Counted from the stretch's first letter, positions 1-9,592 are shown. The stretch is DNA of 64,000 bases from an uncultured Gammaproteobacteria bacterium (GCA_964583685.1 CAZOVJ010000001.1:260033-324032), one strand, 5' to 3'. Numbers and translations: made by a program. The notes: generated by a model from the sequence alone, not told the origin.

Positions 1-11
1 ATTGTTTACTT

Positions 12-85
12 GGGGCTGTAGCTCAGTTGGCTAGAGTGTCCGCCTGTCGAGCGGAAGGTCGCGGGTTCGAGTCCCGTCAGCCCCG
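12..85 (+). tRNA. tRNA-Asp (anticodon GTC)
   Basis: Cloverleaf read by eye: acceptor GGGGCTG/CAGCCCC, D-stem GCTC/GAGT, anticodon stem TCCGC/GCGGA with loop CTGTCGA, T-loop TTCGAGT; CCA not encoded. Confidence 0.8.
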
Positions 86-178
86 CTAAATTATTAGCCC
101 CAGGAAACACCTCATACCACCCCAGTCTTGGGAACACATCTAGACAATTTTTGTAGAAAAGAGTAATATCCTACATAG

Positions 179-445
179 ATGGCTGAACGAAATATAAGAG
201 CGGAGTTTGGTGTCAAGTATGGCTTTGTGCTTGGGACAGACAGGCCATTCTATGGAATTACAGATACCGAAATGCGGCCAGAAAAAAATATAGCACCAGA
301 CCCAGCCGCAGAAGGTGATATTCAAACCAATGAATCATTAGCAGAAGGGGCAACTGGAATTAGCAGTGACCCTTCTCTTATCAGGCAGAGATCTCCCCTG
401 GTAACGGTAGATGATAATCAGAGCGAAAACCCTTACGACCGTTAA
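179..445 (+). CDS. small hypothetical protein (88 aa), no recognisable motif
   Basis: ORF track only; somewhat GC-richer than flanks; no clear RBS. Confidence 0.25.
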   Translation: MAERNIRAEFGVKYGFVLGTDRPFYGITDTEMRPEKNIAPDPAAEGDIQTNESLAEGATGISSDPSLIRQRSPLVTVDDNQSENPYDR

Positions 446-528
446 ACATTCAACTTTCATACAAAATAGACGTTCCCCAAATAGTCAACTAGTACCCGCA
501 AAAGTTCGAAAAAGCTCCATAGGATTCA

Positions 529-1200
529 TTGGCCTTTTTTTCTGGTATAATTTCCCCAATGAAGAAAACAAAACTTATTTGTTTTGACGTCGATGGAACC
601 CTAGTTGATGGTGTATCCTGGCTGCTTCTAACTAAGGACTTAGGATGTTCTACACAACAGCATCTTGATATTTTTCATCAAGCAAAAGATGGCAAAATTT
701 CATTTGTCGAAGCAGAAAGACTGTTAACAAAAATGTACATAGATAGTGGAAATGCCAATAAACCCTTTATCAAAAACTTATTTTCAAAAATAAAGCTTAG
801 ACCTGGGGTAAAGAAGTTAATTTCTTATTTAAAAGAAAAAGATTATCTCATTTATTTAATCTCAGGTGCAATTGATATTTGTGTTGAGAAAGTAGCTAAA
901 AAATTGAAAGCAAATGGTTTTTATGCCAATTCAACGCTTGAGTTTGATAAGAAAGATGCTCTCAAAAAGATACACTATAGAGATAACCAGGGAGAAGTAA
1001 AGGTTGAACAACTTAAACAGTTGCTTAAGAAACTAGAAATAAAAACCAACGAAGTTATCTTTATCGGCGATAGCGAAAATGATATAGAAGTATTTAAGTT
1101 CATCGGAAAAGGTATTGCCGTGTACTGTTTTAATGAAGATTTGAAAAAGGTTGCCTGGAAAGTAGTTGACACTTTACCCGATATTAAAAAGCTTCTGTGA
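529..1200 (+). CDS. HAD-superfamily hydrolase (phosphoserine-phosphatase-like, HAD-IB type)
   Basis: N-terminal HAD motif I 'CFDVDGTL'; late 'GDSENDIE' motif-IV-like acidic pair. Confidence 0.6.
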   Translation: MAFFSGIISPMKKTKLICFDVDGTLVDGVSWLLLTKDLGCSTQQHLDIFHQAKDGKISFVEAERLLTKMYIDSGNANKPFIKNLFSKIKLRPGVKKLISYLKEKDYLIYLISGAIDICVEKVAKKLKANGFYANSTLEFDKKDALKKIHYRDNQGEVKVEQLKQLLKKLEIKTNEVIFIGDSENDIEVFKFIGKGIAVYCFNEDLKKVAWKVVDTLPDIKKLL

Positions 1201-1365
1201 AACAGCGTGAAAAGTATTGAGTAATAAAATTTGTCTGAGTAACTTTCTTCTCCAATCGTGCCTAACATTCAAAAATAAGTGAACGTCCCTTCTTCGTCAA
1301 GACGCCGAAAGGTTCCGGCGTCAAATATGTCCAGCTGATAAAGTTTAACTTATCTTCTCTTTTTG

Positions 1366-1394
1366 TTGTATTTTAAAACCTAAGGTTCTATAAT
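1366..1394 (+). promoter_or_regulatory. sigma70-like promoter for def: -35 TTGTAT (1366-1371), 17-nt spacer, -10 TATAAT (1389-1394); ATG at 1402 implies a (near-)leaderless mRNA
   Basis: Hexamers and spacing read directly; no Shine-Dalgarno before the def ATG. Confidence 0.3.
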
Positions 1395-1401
1395 TGCCCA
1401 T

Positions 1402-2022
1402 ATGCCAACACAAAGAGAAAGATTTGTTGCGCCAAATGACCCTATTCTTATCCAAAAGGCAGAAGCAATTCCCCCCAAAGAGATAACATCTACTGAGACT
1501 CAAAATATAATAGAGCAAATGCTTGATATAGCATATAGAGTACAAGGAGATAGGAGTAAAGCAATTCTTGTTGGCTTGGCAGCTCCACAAGTTGGTATTT
1601 CCCGAAAAATAATACTTGTAGATGTAGGTGCTGATGGCCGTGGTGAAGTCTCTGATCTAAGAGTCTATATTAACCCCGAAATCACTTGGCTGTCCGTAGA
1701 AAAAGAGGAGTGGTATGAAGGATGTTTTTCCACAGACAAAGTCTGCGGAATTGTTTCAAGACCCAAATCAATCAAGATAAAAGCTTACACCAGGGAAGGA
1801 AACCCAATCGAAGAAGAGCATTCAGGTTATGTTGCAAGAATATTTCAACACGAAATAGACCACTTAAACGGTATTGAATTTGTTGAACACATAACTGATG
1901 ACGATAAACTTCATTGGGTAGAAAGCAACGAATTCCCCAAATATCGTAATAATGAAGCCTGGAGAAGATGGCCCAATAAATGTCCTAGGAGAAAGTGGGA
2001 AGCAATAAAAGGAATTAAATAA
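1402..2022 (+). CDS. def: peptide deformylase with ~35-aa basic Cys-containing C-terminal extension
   Basis: Three PDF motifs: 'GLAAPQVG', 'EGCFS', 'QHEIDHLNG'. Confidence 0.85.
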   Translation: MPTQRERFVAPNDPILIQKAEAIPPKEITSTETQNIIEQMLDIAYRVQGDRSKAILVGLAAPQVGISRKIILVDVGADGRGEVSDLRVYINPEITWLSVEKEEWYEGCFSTDKVCGIVSRPKSIKIKAYTREGNPIEEEHSGYVARIFQHEIDHLNGIEFVEHITDDDKLHWVESNEFPKYRNNEAWRRWPNKCPRRKWEAIKGIK

Positions 2023-2146
2023 TATTTTCAACCCACCCAGGCTCTTGACTTTTTGCCTTACTTAATCTAAATTCAACTTGCATTAATAAACTCTGCCTAT
2101 CTATAAACCTCTGTCTCCTGCCCTCTATTAAAAATCAAAGGAGGGG

Positions 2147-2701
2147 GTGAAAAAACTGAATCTTAAATCAATATTAAAGGCCTTAAAATTAAACGAATCC
2201 ACAATAAGCATGATTTTGGGTGCCTTAGTTGTGGTTGTTGTTGGGATTCTACTTGTAAGATATTTTCGAAACTTAAGCACTCAGCCCTTACCGACAACTG
2301 GTGTTCCCGCCGAACAGAAAATGTCAATAGGAAAATATATCGTAAAAAAGGGTGATAATCTTTGGAAGATTGCCGAGATGCAATTTGGTTCTGGGTACAA
2401 CTGGGTAGATATTGCCAACGAAAATGGAATTAGCAATCCAAACCTAATAGAAGAAGGGCAAGAATTAGTTATTCCAGATGTTCAGGCAAAACAGTTAACA
2501 GTGCAGGAAGTTGAAGAGGACATTACTTCTCAAGAAACTTTTTCCGAAGCGACCTACACAGTTGCCCAAGGAGACAATCTATGGAACATTGCTCTAAAAG
2601 CTTACGGTGACGGGTATAAATGGGTGGAAATCGCGCGTGAAAACAATTTAGCCAACCCCGACCTAATCCACCCGGGCAATATATTTATTCTTCCCAGATA
2701 G
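2147..2701 (+). CDS. membrane-anchored protein with two LysM peptidoglycan-binding domains
   Basis: GTG start preceded by strong RBS aaaggaggggg; N-terminal TM helix; two LysM repeats (YIVKKGDNLWKIA...; YTVAQGDNLWNIA...). Confidence 0.7.
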   Translation: MKKLNLKSILKALKLNESTISMILGALVVVVVGILLVRYFRNLSTQPLPTTGVPAEQKMSIGKYIVKKGDNLWKIAEMQFGSGYNWVDIANENGISNPNLIEEGQELVIPDVQAKQLTVQEVEEDITSQETFSEATYTVAQGDNLWNIALKAYGDGYKWVEIARENNLANPDLIHPGNIFILPR

Positions 2702-2785
2702 AAATTTCTGAAAATGATATAATAATCTCGCATTTAGCGGGATTAGTTGAGTGGCTCAACACCACCTCCCCTGCCTACGCAGCTT

Positions 2786-2860
2786 GCAGCGGTAGTTCAG
2801 TGGTAGAATGTCTGCTTCCCAAGCAGAAGGTCGCCGGTTCGAATCCGGTCCGCTGCTCCA
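2786..2860 (+). tRNA. tRNA-Gly (anticodon CCC), CCA encoded
   Basis: Acceptor GCAGCGG/CCGCTGC, anticodon stem TCTGC/GCAGA with loop TTCCCAA, T-arm GCCGG-TTCGAAT-CCGGT, 3' TCCA. Confidence 0.8.
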
Positions 2861-2911
2861 CTTGCCAGTGGGCAGGCAAGGTGGAAACACGGGTTCAATT
2901 CCCGTATCCCG
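2861..2911 (+). other. hairpin (CTTGCC-N8-GGCAAG) followed by a tRNA T-arm-like element (CACGGG-TTCAATT-CCCGT-ATCCCG); possible tRNA 3'-half remnant
   Basis: Read directly; no complete cloverleaf can be built. Confidence 0.3.
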
Positions 2912-3020
2912 TTCTAAAAATGGCAGAAATGTATAGTAATTTACATAAAGTTACTAACCAAAGACAAGAAACCTAGTCAAATTCGCCGATAATACTTATA
3001 ATAAAATAAACAATTCATTT

Positions 3021-4439
3021 ATGGCAGAAAGAAAATCAGACTTAAACAAGAGCATAGAAGGTTCTTCTCAACAATTAATGGTCGAAAGACTAGGACTATC
3101 ATTTCAAGCTCGCCAAGATTTTGCAAAAGCACTAGAGATTGCAAGTACGCTTCCTGCTGGTCTCTTAAGGGTATACCCCCTCATTCATATTGGCAGGGCA
3201 CAAGTTCGAAGTGGGATAGACTCCTCTCCGTCGCTTGCGGGCTTAGCTCAACTTGCGGAAGAGCAAGAACAAATCTATGGACAGTTTATTCATGAGGGAA
3301 TTGCGCTAGTGCATATTGAAGCAGGAGAGTTTGAGCACGCTCAAGAAGCATTGAATCGAGCACCTCGAGTACCATCTGAACCCAGATTTTATTTTGAGCT
3401 AGCCAAAGCAAAATTCAACCATGGACAAGACCCAACGTCTGAGTTATCAAGGGTTCGCTTAGAAATTGAAGAACGTGAGACCAAGTATTTAAGTGGTGGT
3501 ATCAGCTCTTATGCAGAGCTAGCGGAAGCTCATTATCAAGCAACTGGTGAATATCCAGAAGAATACCTTGCAAAAGCTGAGGCCAACATAGAAGCATATG
3601 CACAAGAATATCCCGACGCGATAGATCTGCCTGAGTGGTATGGAGATATTGCCAAGGCGTATGCAACTGCAGGTAATTTCGAGAGAGCACGAGCTTTGGT
3701 CGATAAAATCAAAGGATACAACCCAATCTCTGAAGCACAAACAAAAATGCGAACCCTTGAGCATATTACAAGGGAGCAGGTAGCAAGAGGACTTTATCAC
3801 GAAGCAATCGCCAATGCAGAACTCGCAATTCAAACAGTTGAACAGGCGGAAGTTAAGCCTGAACATTTAAAGGCTCACATAGAACATAACCGCACGGCTG
3901 GAGTCGTTAAATTATTTGCACTTATAGGTATGGCCCAAGGTTTAGCTGGTGAGGATAGTTCTGAGGCGTTGGGTACCGCATTGGAACGAGTTGATCGGAT
4001 GCCTCAAGATGGTTACTGGGAAATGGATATCTTGGTAGAAATTGCAAGAGCGCAGAGAGAAGTCGGGTTAGATATAAATCCAACTCTGGCTCGTGCGCTA
4101 GCCGGACTAGACGCCATGCCACAAGCTCCAGATTATGACAATTATTATGACTTGGTTCAACAAGTGATGGGTTATGAAAAACTTGCAAAAGTTCAGGCGG
4201 AGTTTGGTCAGATTAACGAGGCAAGAATGGCACTGAACCGCCTAGAAAACATGAACGATAATGGCATTGATACTAAAGATGCGATTACCGAAGTATTGGC
4301 AAGTATTGCAGAGGCAGAGGCAAAACAAGGTTTATCACCTGAGGAGTTGGAGCAATTTCCGACACAAATTGTTGAGTCGATTCTTGTAGGAAAAAATGAA
4401 ACAGCAAAACAAGCACTTCAATACTTTAAACTCAACTAA
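3021..4439 (+). CDS. hypothetical all-alpha, TPR-like repeat protein (472 aa), Ala/Glu-rich, no catalytic motif seen
   Basis: Long ORF with ~45-47% GC (higher than surroundings), bracketed by tRNA-Gly and tRNA-Thr; no obvious RBS. Confidence 0.5.
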   Translation: MAERKSDLNKSIEGSSQQLMVERLGLSFQARQDFAKALEIASTLPAGLLRVYPLIHIGRAQVRSGIDSSPSLAGLAQLAEEQEQIYGQFIHEGIALVHIEAGEFEHAQEALNRAPRVPSEPRFYFELAKAKFNHGQDPTSELSRVRLEIEERETKYLSGGISSYAELAEAHYQATGEYPEEYLAKAEANIEAYAQEYPDAIDLPEWYGDIAKAYATAGNFERARALVDKIKGYNPISEAQTKMRTLEHITREQVARGLYHEAIANAELAIQTVEQAEVKPEHLKAHIEHNRTAGVVKLFALIGMAQGLAGEDSSEALGTALERVDRMPQDGYWEMDILVEIARAQREVGLDINPTLARALAGLDAMPQAPDYDNYYDLVQQVMGYEKLAKVQAEFGQINEARMALNRLENMNDNGIDTKDAITEVLASIAEAEAKQGLSPEELEQFPTQIVESILVGKNETAKQALQYFKLN

Positions 4440-4597
4440 GGATAAGACTGGAGTTCGAAATCAGACCTAATCAGAGATTTTAGGTCCGAGCCTGAGTACA
4501 GTCTCCCGCTCCTTCATATAGAGAGCATCTCTTCCCCAAGGCAGACTGGAAAATTTAGAAGTCTGAGATAGCTCGGATATGGTATACTTTGGGCCTT

Positions 4598-4670
4598 GCC
4601 AGGATAGCTCAGCAGGTAGAGCACTGCTTTCGTAAAGCAGGGGTCGTGGGTTCGATTCCCTCTCCTGGCT
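4598..4670 (+). tRNA. tRNA-Thr (anticodon CGT)
   Basis: Acceptor GCCAGGA/TCCTGGC, anticodon stem CTGCT/AGCAG with loop TTCGTAA, T-loop TTCGATT; one U-U mismatch in T-stem; the minus-strand 'ORF' 4467..4673 is its antisense. Confidence 0.7.
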
Positions 4671-4694
4671 CAAAAGACAAAAACTAATGAGAAA

Positions 4695-5414
4695 ATGAGA
4701 AGAAAATTCTACTCAAGGCTGAATAGGCTGGAAAAAAAGAGATATTTACGTAGCGCAGTAATTTTTGGTTTTTTGACAATCGGATTAATTATATTACTCT
4801 TTGTTTTCGGTCTACCAACGATTGCCAAGTTCGCCGCCTTCCTGACAAATCTTAAGCAAAGTACGGAAGTGATCGAACAAGTTGATACCACCCCGCCGGC
4901 TCCACCCCGAATAGACCTTTTACCTGAATTTACTAACAAAACAAAAACAGAAATTCAAGGAAATACTGAACCAGGAACAAACATAGTTTTTTTTCTGAAT
5001 AATAAAAAGGGGGAAACCTTAGCCAACAAAAACGGTGCCTTTTCTCTAACCCTCTCTTTAAATGAAGGAGAGAATACCTTTTCCATATTAGCAAAAGATG
5101 CCTCAGGCAATGAAAGCCAAAAGTCCAAGATTTTTAAAATTATTTTTGACAACGTTTCTCCCGAGCTTGAAATTAACAAGCCCGAGGATGGAACCGAGTT
5201 TTTTGGGGCAAAACAAAGACAAATTGTCATTGAAGGTAAAACCGAGGAAAACGCATCCGTTAAAATCAACGATCGAATAGTTGTTGTTAATGAAGATGGC
5301 TCTTTTGTTTTTGTCACAACTCTTTCTGAGGGAGAGAATAAATTCACCATAAAAACACAAGATAGAGCAGGAAACGAATCTGAAAAGTCACTTACTACCT
5401 TCTTCTTTCCGTGA
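4695..5414 (+). CDS. N-terminally anchored extracytoplasmic protein with two tandem Ig-like repeats
   Basis: TM helix after basic N-terminus; internal repeat NGAFSLTLSLNEGENTFSILAKDASGNESQKS / DGSFVFVTTLSEGENKFTIKTQDRAGNESEKS. Confidence 0.5.
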   Translation: MRRKFYSRLNRLEKKRYLRSAVIFGFLTIGLIILLFVFGLPTIAKFAAFLTNLKQSTEVIEQVDTTPPAPPRIDLLPEFTNKTKTEIQGNTEPGTNIVFFLNNKKGETLANKNGAFSLTLSLNEGENTFSILAKDASGNESQKSKIFKIIFDNVSPELEINKPEDGTEFFGAKQRQIVIEGKTEENASVKINDRIVVVNEDGSFVFVTTLSEGENKFTIKTQDRAGNESEKSLTTFFFP

Positions 5415-5424
5415 TTAACGAAGA

Positions 5425-6597
5425 CTAGAAGCAACTAGAAGCAAGAAGAATCCCCATCCAGCCCATCACCCAAGGATAAAACATGCTTCCAACAAATAAA
5501 CTATGAACAATAAGAGCAACACTAGTGGCGATAAATAAAGTTCGATTAAATCCAACCGGAATCTTCTTACTCAGTTGGTAAACAATATCTATAAAAAGAA
5601 GAAAACCAATAACTCCTGTTGTTGCCAAGACAAAAAGAAGACTTGAATCTGAGCCGGAACAAGAGTGGGAACCAAATTCTCCTTTACCAAGATATTTCTG
5701 GCGGGCCAAACAAAGATTATTAAAACCAACTCCAAACAAAGGTGATTTCTTGATGATCAGCAAAGTCTGTGAATAATTTTCAAGCCTGGCATAAATACTA
5801 AACATCCGCTCAAGCTTAACGCCTTCACTGGATGGACGGGGAAGGAGAAAGATTAATAATGTTAAAATTAAGAGAACAATAAAGAAAATTCTCAGCCTCT
5901 TCTTTAAAAGAAAAACAACAAAAATACCTGCCAATAGGGCTAAATATCCAGCCCGCGAATAAGTGAAACCAATTGTCATCAAGAGAAAAAGCAAAGGAAA
6001 AATATATTTTCTCTTTTTATTTTCTAGGAATTTTAGAAAACATATCAAAAAACCAAAAACCAAAATTATACTGGTAAAACCAGGGTCTAAAAAGGTCCCA
6101 ACAAGCCTATAAAGATGATCATCCCAACCCCAAATTGTCAAAGACCTTATGTCTGGATAAAAAAGATATTGAATCCAGCCAAAAAAGGCGAGAATCAAGC
6201 TCACAGCTATTAAGGATTTAAGGAGTACGTTTCTTATTCCCTTTCTATTTTTAGCAAAATTCCAAGCAAGTAAGAAGAAAGAAACATAAGTAAAAAGGCG
6301 CAAAAGATATAAACCTCCAAAAAAAACTTCCTTTTGCCTAAAAATTAGTAATGAAAGAACGTAAGAAAACAAAGCAGCGAGCAGAAAGCTGAAGATATAT
6401 TTAAAAACTTTAGGTTTTTTATATTTTAATAGCAGACAGAAAGGCAAAGAAAGTGCGGCCACTAAATCTATAGGCTGAACCGGAATTACCAAATCTAAAA
6501 CTTTCAAATTAAATCTGAAAATCTGGCCAAAAGGAAAGAGTACCAAATAGACAAATACTAGGATCTGGCTAATTTTGTTCTTCGTTGTATTAACCAT
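5425..6597 (-). CDS. O-antigen ligase / Wzy-like polytopic membrane protein
   Basis: ~10 predicted TM helices; 'YSRAGYLALLAG' resembles the Wzy_C/O-antigen-ligase signature. Confidence 0.5.
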   Translation of the reverse strand: MVNTTKNKISQILVFVYLVLFPFGQIFRFNLKVLDLVIPVQPIDLVAALSLPFCLLLKYKKPKVFKYIFSFLLAALFSYVLSLLIFRQKEVFFGGLYLLRLFTYVSFFLLAWNFAKNRKGIRNVLLKSLIAVSLILAFFGWIQYLFYPDIRSLTIWGWDDHLYRLVGTFLDPGFTSIILVFGFLICFLKFLENKKRKYIFPLLFLLMTIGFTYSRAGYLALLAGIFVVFLLKKRLRIFFIVLLILTLLIFLLPRPSSEGVKLERMFSIYARLENYSQTLLIIKKSPLFGVGFNNLCLARQKYLGKGEFGSHSCSGSDSSLLFVLATTGVIGFLLFIDIVYQLSKKIPVGFNRTLFIATSVALIVHSLFVGSMFYPWVMGWMGILLASSCF

Positions 6598-7319
6598 AAC
6601 TCACTCCAAGACAAAAAAGAATGAAAACTCATCACTACTGCCATAACCAAACCCTGAATACCGTCTAAAAAACCAAGCCGAAAAAAATAATTTAAAATAA
6701 ACTTGGCCGAAGGATAGATTATTATTTTAACTATCAAGGACCTTTTGCCTTCTTTGAAATTAGCCTTAGCATGAAGCTGACTTTGAAAGTTTACATGTTT
6801 CAAAAAATCTCGGACGCTTGGATGTGGATAGTGAAGAATTGGATTTTTTAACAAGCCTTTTTTGCCTGGAACATCCCAGGTTTCATGAATAATTCTTCTC
6901 CACTTTCCCGCATCTGACCTTGCCAGCCGCAAAAGTCGGATGTTTCCGCTTTCCCCAAATCTTAAATATTTACCCAGCCAATAATCGCGTCGTTTTAAGT
7001 AATATCCAGTAACTACAGGGTTGGAAATTTTTTCCTTAATCTCTTTGGCCAATTCTTGGGAAACAAATTCATCAGCATCTATGAATAAAGCCCAATGGCT
7101 TTTTAGCTTTTTCAAGGCAAAATTTCTTTGAGCGCTAAAATCATCTCTCAATTCTCTTTTATAAACTCTTGCCCCAAATTTTTTAGCAATTTGGATAGTT
7201 TTATCAATTGAATTATCATCTACCACAATAGTTTCATCACACCAAAGAAGTCCTTTCAAGCATCTAACAAGCAAGGCTCCTTCATTTTTGGTAAGGACAA
7301 CCGCCGATATATTTTTCAT
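6558..7319 (-). CDS. family 2 glycosyltransferase
   Basis: N-terminal GT-A fold signatures 'AVVLTKNE', 'VVDDNSIDKT', 'DADE'. Confidence 0.7.
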   Translation of the reverse strand: MKNISAVVLTKNEGALLVRCLKGLLWCDETIVVDDNSIDKTIQIAKKFGARVYKRELRDDFSAQRNFALKKLKSHWALFIDADEFVSQELAKEIKEKISNPVVTGYYLKRRDYWLGKYLRFGESGNIRLLRLARSDAGKWRRIIHETWDVPGKKGLLKNPILHYPHPSVRDFLKHVNFQSQLHAKANFKEGKRSLIVKIIIYPSAKFILNYFFRLGFLDGIQGLVMAVVMSFHSFLSWSELWLIQRRTKLARS

Positions 7320-9592
7320 ATCCCTTCCTTAACAACAATTATATTTCCCTGGCAAAAGACTTTTTCAAGATGCTCTCCGACTAGGAATTTTCTATCTTCG
7401 TAAATAATATACTCCAGACTGGCTTTATTTTGAGGCTCATTTCCCATCCACCACAAGAGATAACCATAATTCTGGGCATAGTTTCCTTTGAAATAGTCAT
7501 AGGCGCCTTTCCTTGCCAGTTTAAAAGGCCGACCTTGGGAATCTTCTATTATCCGAGCCGCAACTTTACACTGCAAATCGTAGGGAACACTGCGGTTTTT
7601 ATAAACTTTGTTTTGGGGAAGATAAAACCACTTATCCGAAAAAAAGAACCCTAAATTCATAATGGTTATTAGCACCAATATTAAAATTACAATTCCCTTC
7701 CCAATATTCTTTTTATTTCGTGCTTTTAAATAAAGTCCCAAAATAATTATTGGTATTGGGAAAAGAGGAAGAAAATAATGAATTGGTGGTTGGCCATGGA
7801 TAAAAAGAGCTAAGATTCCAAAAACCAACCAGCTTATAATTGTTAACCAAGGAAGGTCCTTTGTCTTTTTCAAGATTTGTTCTCTTGTTTTTATAAAAAG
7901 ATAAATAACAATCAAGATAACCAAGGGTAAAGCAAGAATTTTTGACCTGGCTATGAAACTAAGGCTAAAAAATTGATAAATCGACTCTAAATTTTCAAGC
8001 ACGATTCCCAAAGAAACTGTGTTTTTGGGATATAGTCCCAGAAAACCAATCAGTCTATATGGCAACCAAAGAAAAAGCTTACTCAACATTTCAAATTTAT
8101 GAGTAGCATTGTAAATTAAAAAGGGTATTTGGGGAATGAAAAAACCGCTTATTCCTTCGAACAGTTTTCTCTGCTGGATACTCTTTCTTTTAAAGTAAAT
8201 GAGAACTAAAACAACAGGTATAAGACAAATTGAAGTTAGGTGAAAATTAAACATTATTCCCAAAAACAATCCAACCAAAAAAAGATGTTTCCCCTTACTT
8301 TGCAAAGATTCAAATAAAAAGTATAAGAAAGGATAAACAAAGATGGCCGCCAATGAAAAAAAGCGGGCCTCCCTGGTAAAACTAAGCCATAAAGGAGATA
8401 TCGCTAGTAAATATGATGAGAGGAGAGCAATTCTTTTGTCAAACATCTTAGCCACAAACCAAAAATTTAGCCAAATAGCAATCAAAGATGCCAAGGCGAT
8501 AAAATAAGCACCAGCCAGAGGATTATAATCTGCTAGCCAGAGTACCGGCCCAAAAATCCAATAAAACAAAGGTCCAAAAAAAAGCCAGGGGTGGGAAGTA
8601 GGAGGACCAAGAAGAGGAATCTCCTTACTCTCAATAAAATTTTTGATGACCAGATAATTATGGCCTAATTCGCTATGAAAAACTAAATTCTGCTCTATTC
8701 TGAAAAATCTTAGAAATCCTGCCAGAAGAGTAACGGCAATTAAAATCGCTTGATATTTAGAAAATCTAGTAAAGAGTTCAACAATCATTACCCAGGCAAT
8801 TCCATAATGCTTTTTGAAATAATAAAATCTGCTTTCTCTAAATATTCTCTTTGATTTCTTAGTATGAGGCTTACCCTTTTCCCAAAAATGAACAATCTTT
8901 GCTTCAGGAATAATAAAAATCTTCCAGCCGTGCTCCCGCCTGCCAGCAGGTAGGTCTTTAATCCGTTTGCATAAATCCGATTCTTCAAAATATAGAAAAA
9001 AACTCTCATCAAAGCCTTTCATCTCTTCATAAATTTTTTTGCGAATCAAGAAGGCGGAACCAGGAACAACATCTACTTCTCGCTTTCTATCCAAAGGTTT
9101 ATCCCTTAGCCAATATTTTCTTGAAACTGGATTATCGGGAAAAAGCTTATTCAAAAAAGACAAAGCAAAAACACCCCTGATAGGAGTCAGCTTCCCTGTA
9201 CCCAACTGATCAAAGAGCTGATACTTAGAATTGACTAAATTAGGGGCAACCAGAGCAGCTTTTTTATTTTTCTTAAGAAAACCAACCAAATTGTCTATCG
9301 AATTTGGCAAAATCTTGGTATCTGGATTTAGAATAAAAAGAAATTCTCCTCGAGCCTCTTTTGCCCCCAGATTATTGCCCGCACCATAGCCTATGTTTCC
9401 CTGGCTTTGAAAATATTTAACACTGGGAAATTTTTTAATCAATTCTCGGCCGATTTTCTTTTTCTCATCATTGTCAACCACAATTAACTCATAGCTAAGA
9501 TTGGGCTTATTTTCCTTAATAGAACTCAGGCACTGAAATAAAGCTTCTTTGTCTTTATAGTGAACAATAATGATGGAAACTTCAGGTTTCAT
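7316..9592 (-). CDS. fusion protein: N-terminal GT2 (polyprenyl-phosphate sugar synthase-like) plus C-terminal polytopic GT-C-type (GT39/ArnT-like) membrane glycosyltransferase
   Basis: N-term 'SIIIVHYKDKE...VVDNDEKK...NPDT'; residues ~280-758 form >10 TM helices. Confidence 0.6.
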   Translation of the reverse strand: MKPEVSIIIVHYKDKEALFQCLSSIKENKPNLSYELIVVDNDEKKKIGRELIKKFPSVKYFQSQGNIGYGAGNNLGAKEARGEFLFILNPDTKILPNSIDNLVGFLKKNKKAALVAPNLVNSKYQLFDQLGTGKLTPIRGVFALSFLNKLFPDNPVSRKYWLRDKPLDRKREVDVVPGSAFLIRKKIYEEMKGFDESFFLYFEESDLCKRIKDLPAGRREHGWKIFIIPEAKIVHFWEKGKPHTKKSKRIFRESRFYYFKKHYGIAWVMIVELFTRFSKYQAILIAVTLLAGFLRFFRIEQNLVFHSELGHNYLVIKNFIESKEIPLLGPPTSHPWLFFGPLFYWIFGPVLWLADYNPLAGAYFIALASLIAIWLNFWFVAKMFDKRIALLSSYLLAISPLWLSFTREARFFSLAAIFVYPFLYFLFESLQSKGKHLFLVGLFLGIMFNFHLTSICLIPVVLVLIYFKRKSIQQRKLFEGISGFFIPQIPFLIYNATHKFEMLSKLFLWLPYRLIGFLGLYPKNTVSLGIVLENLESIYQFFSLSFIARSKILALPLVILIVIYLFIKTREQILKKTKDLPWLTIISWLVFGILALFIHGQPPIHYFLPLFPIPIIILGLYLKARNKKNIGKGIVILILVLITIMNLGFFFSDKWFYLPQNKVYKNRSVPYDLQCKVAARIIEDSQGRPFKLARKGAYDYFKGNYAQNYGYLLWWMGNEPQNKASLEYIIYEDRKFLVGEHLEKVFCQGNIIVVKEGI

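Noticed and set aside
1301-1322. GC-rich hairpin GACGCCG-N8-CGGCGTC between the HAD gene and def
   Set aside because: There is no flanking U-tract on either strand, so it cannot be called a terminator with confidence.
975-1590. Minus-strand ORFs 975..1268 and 1345..1590
   Set aside because: They overlap the HAD and def genes in antisense, are low-complexity, and have no support.
2861-2911. Possible second tRNA after tRNA-Gly
   Set aside because: Only a T-arm-like stem-loop and an 8-nt-loop hairpin are present. No acceptor or D-arm can be built, so it is reported as a remnant rather than a tRNA gene.
4464-4486. Hairpin GACCTAA-N9-TTAGGTC just after the 472-aa gene
   Set aside because: No T-run follows, so it is not a canonical intrinsic terminator. 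Possibly an RNA-stability element; left unannotated.
4467-4673. Minus-strand 68-aa ORF
   Set aside because: It is the antisense of tRNA-Thr plus intergenic DNA; the 'ESNPRP...SALPAEL' translation is the classic tRNA-antisense artefact.
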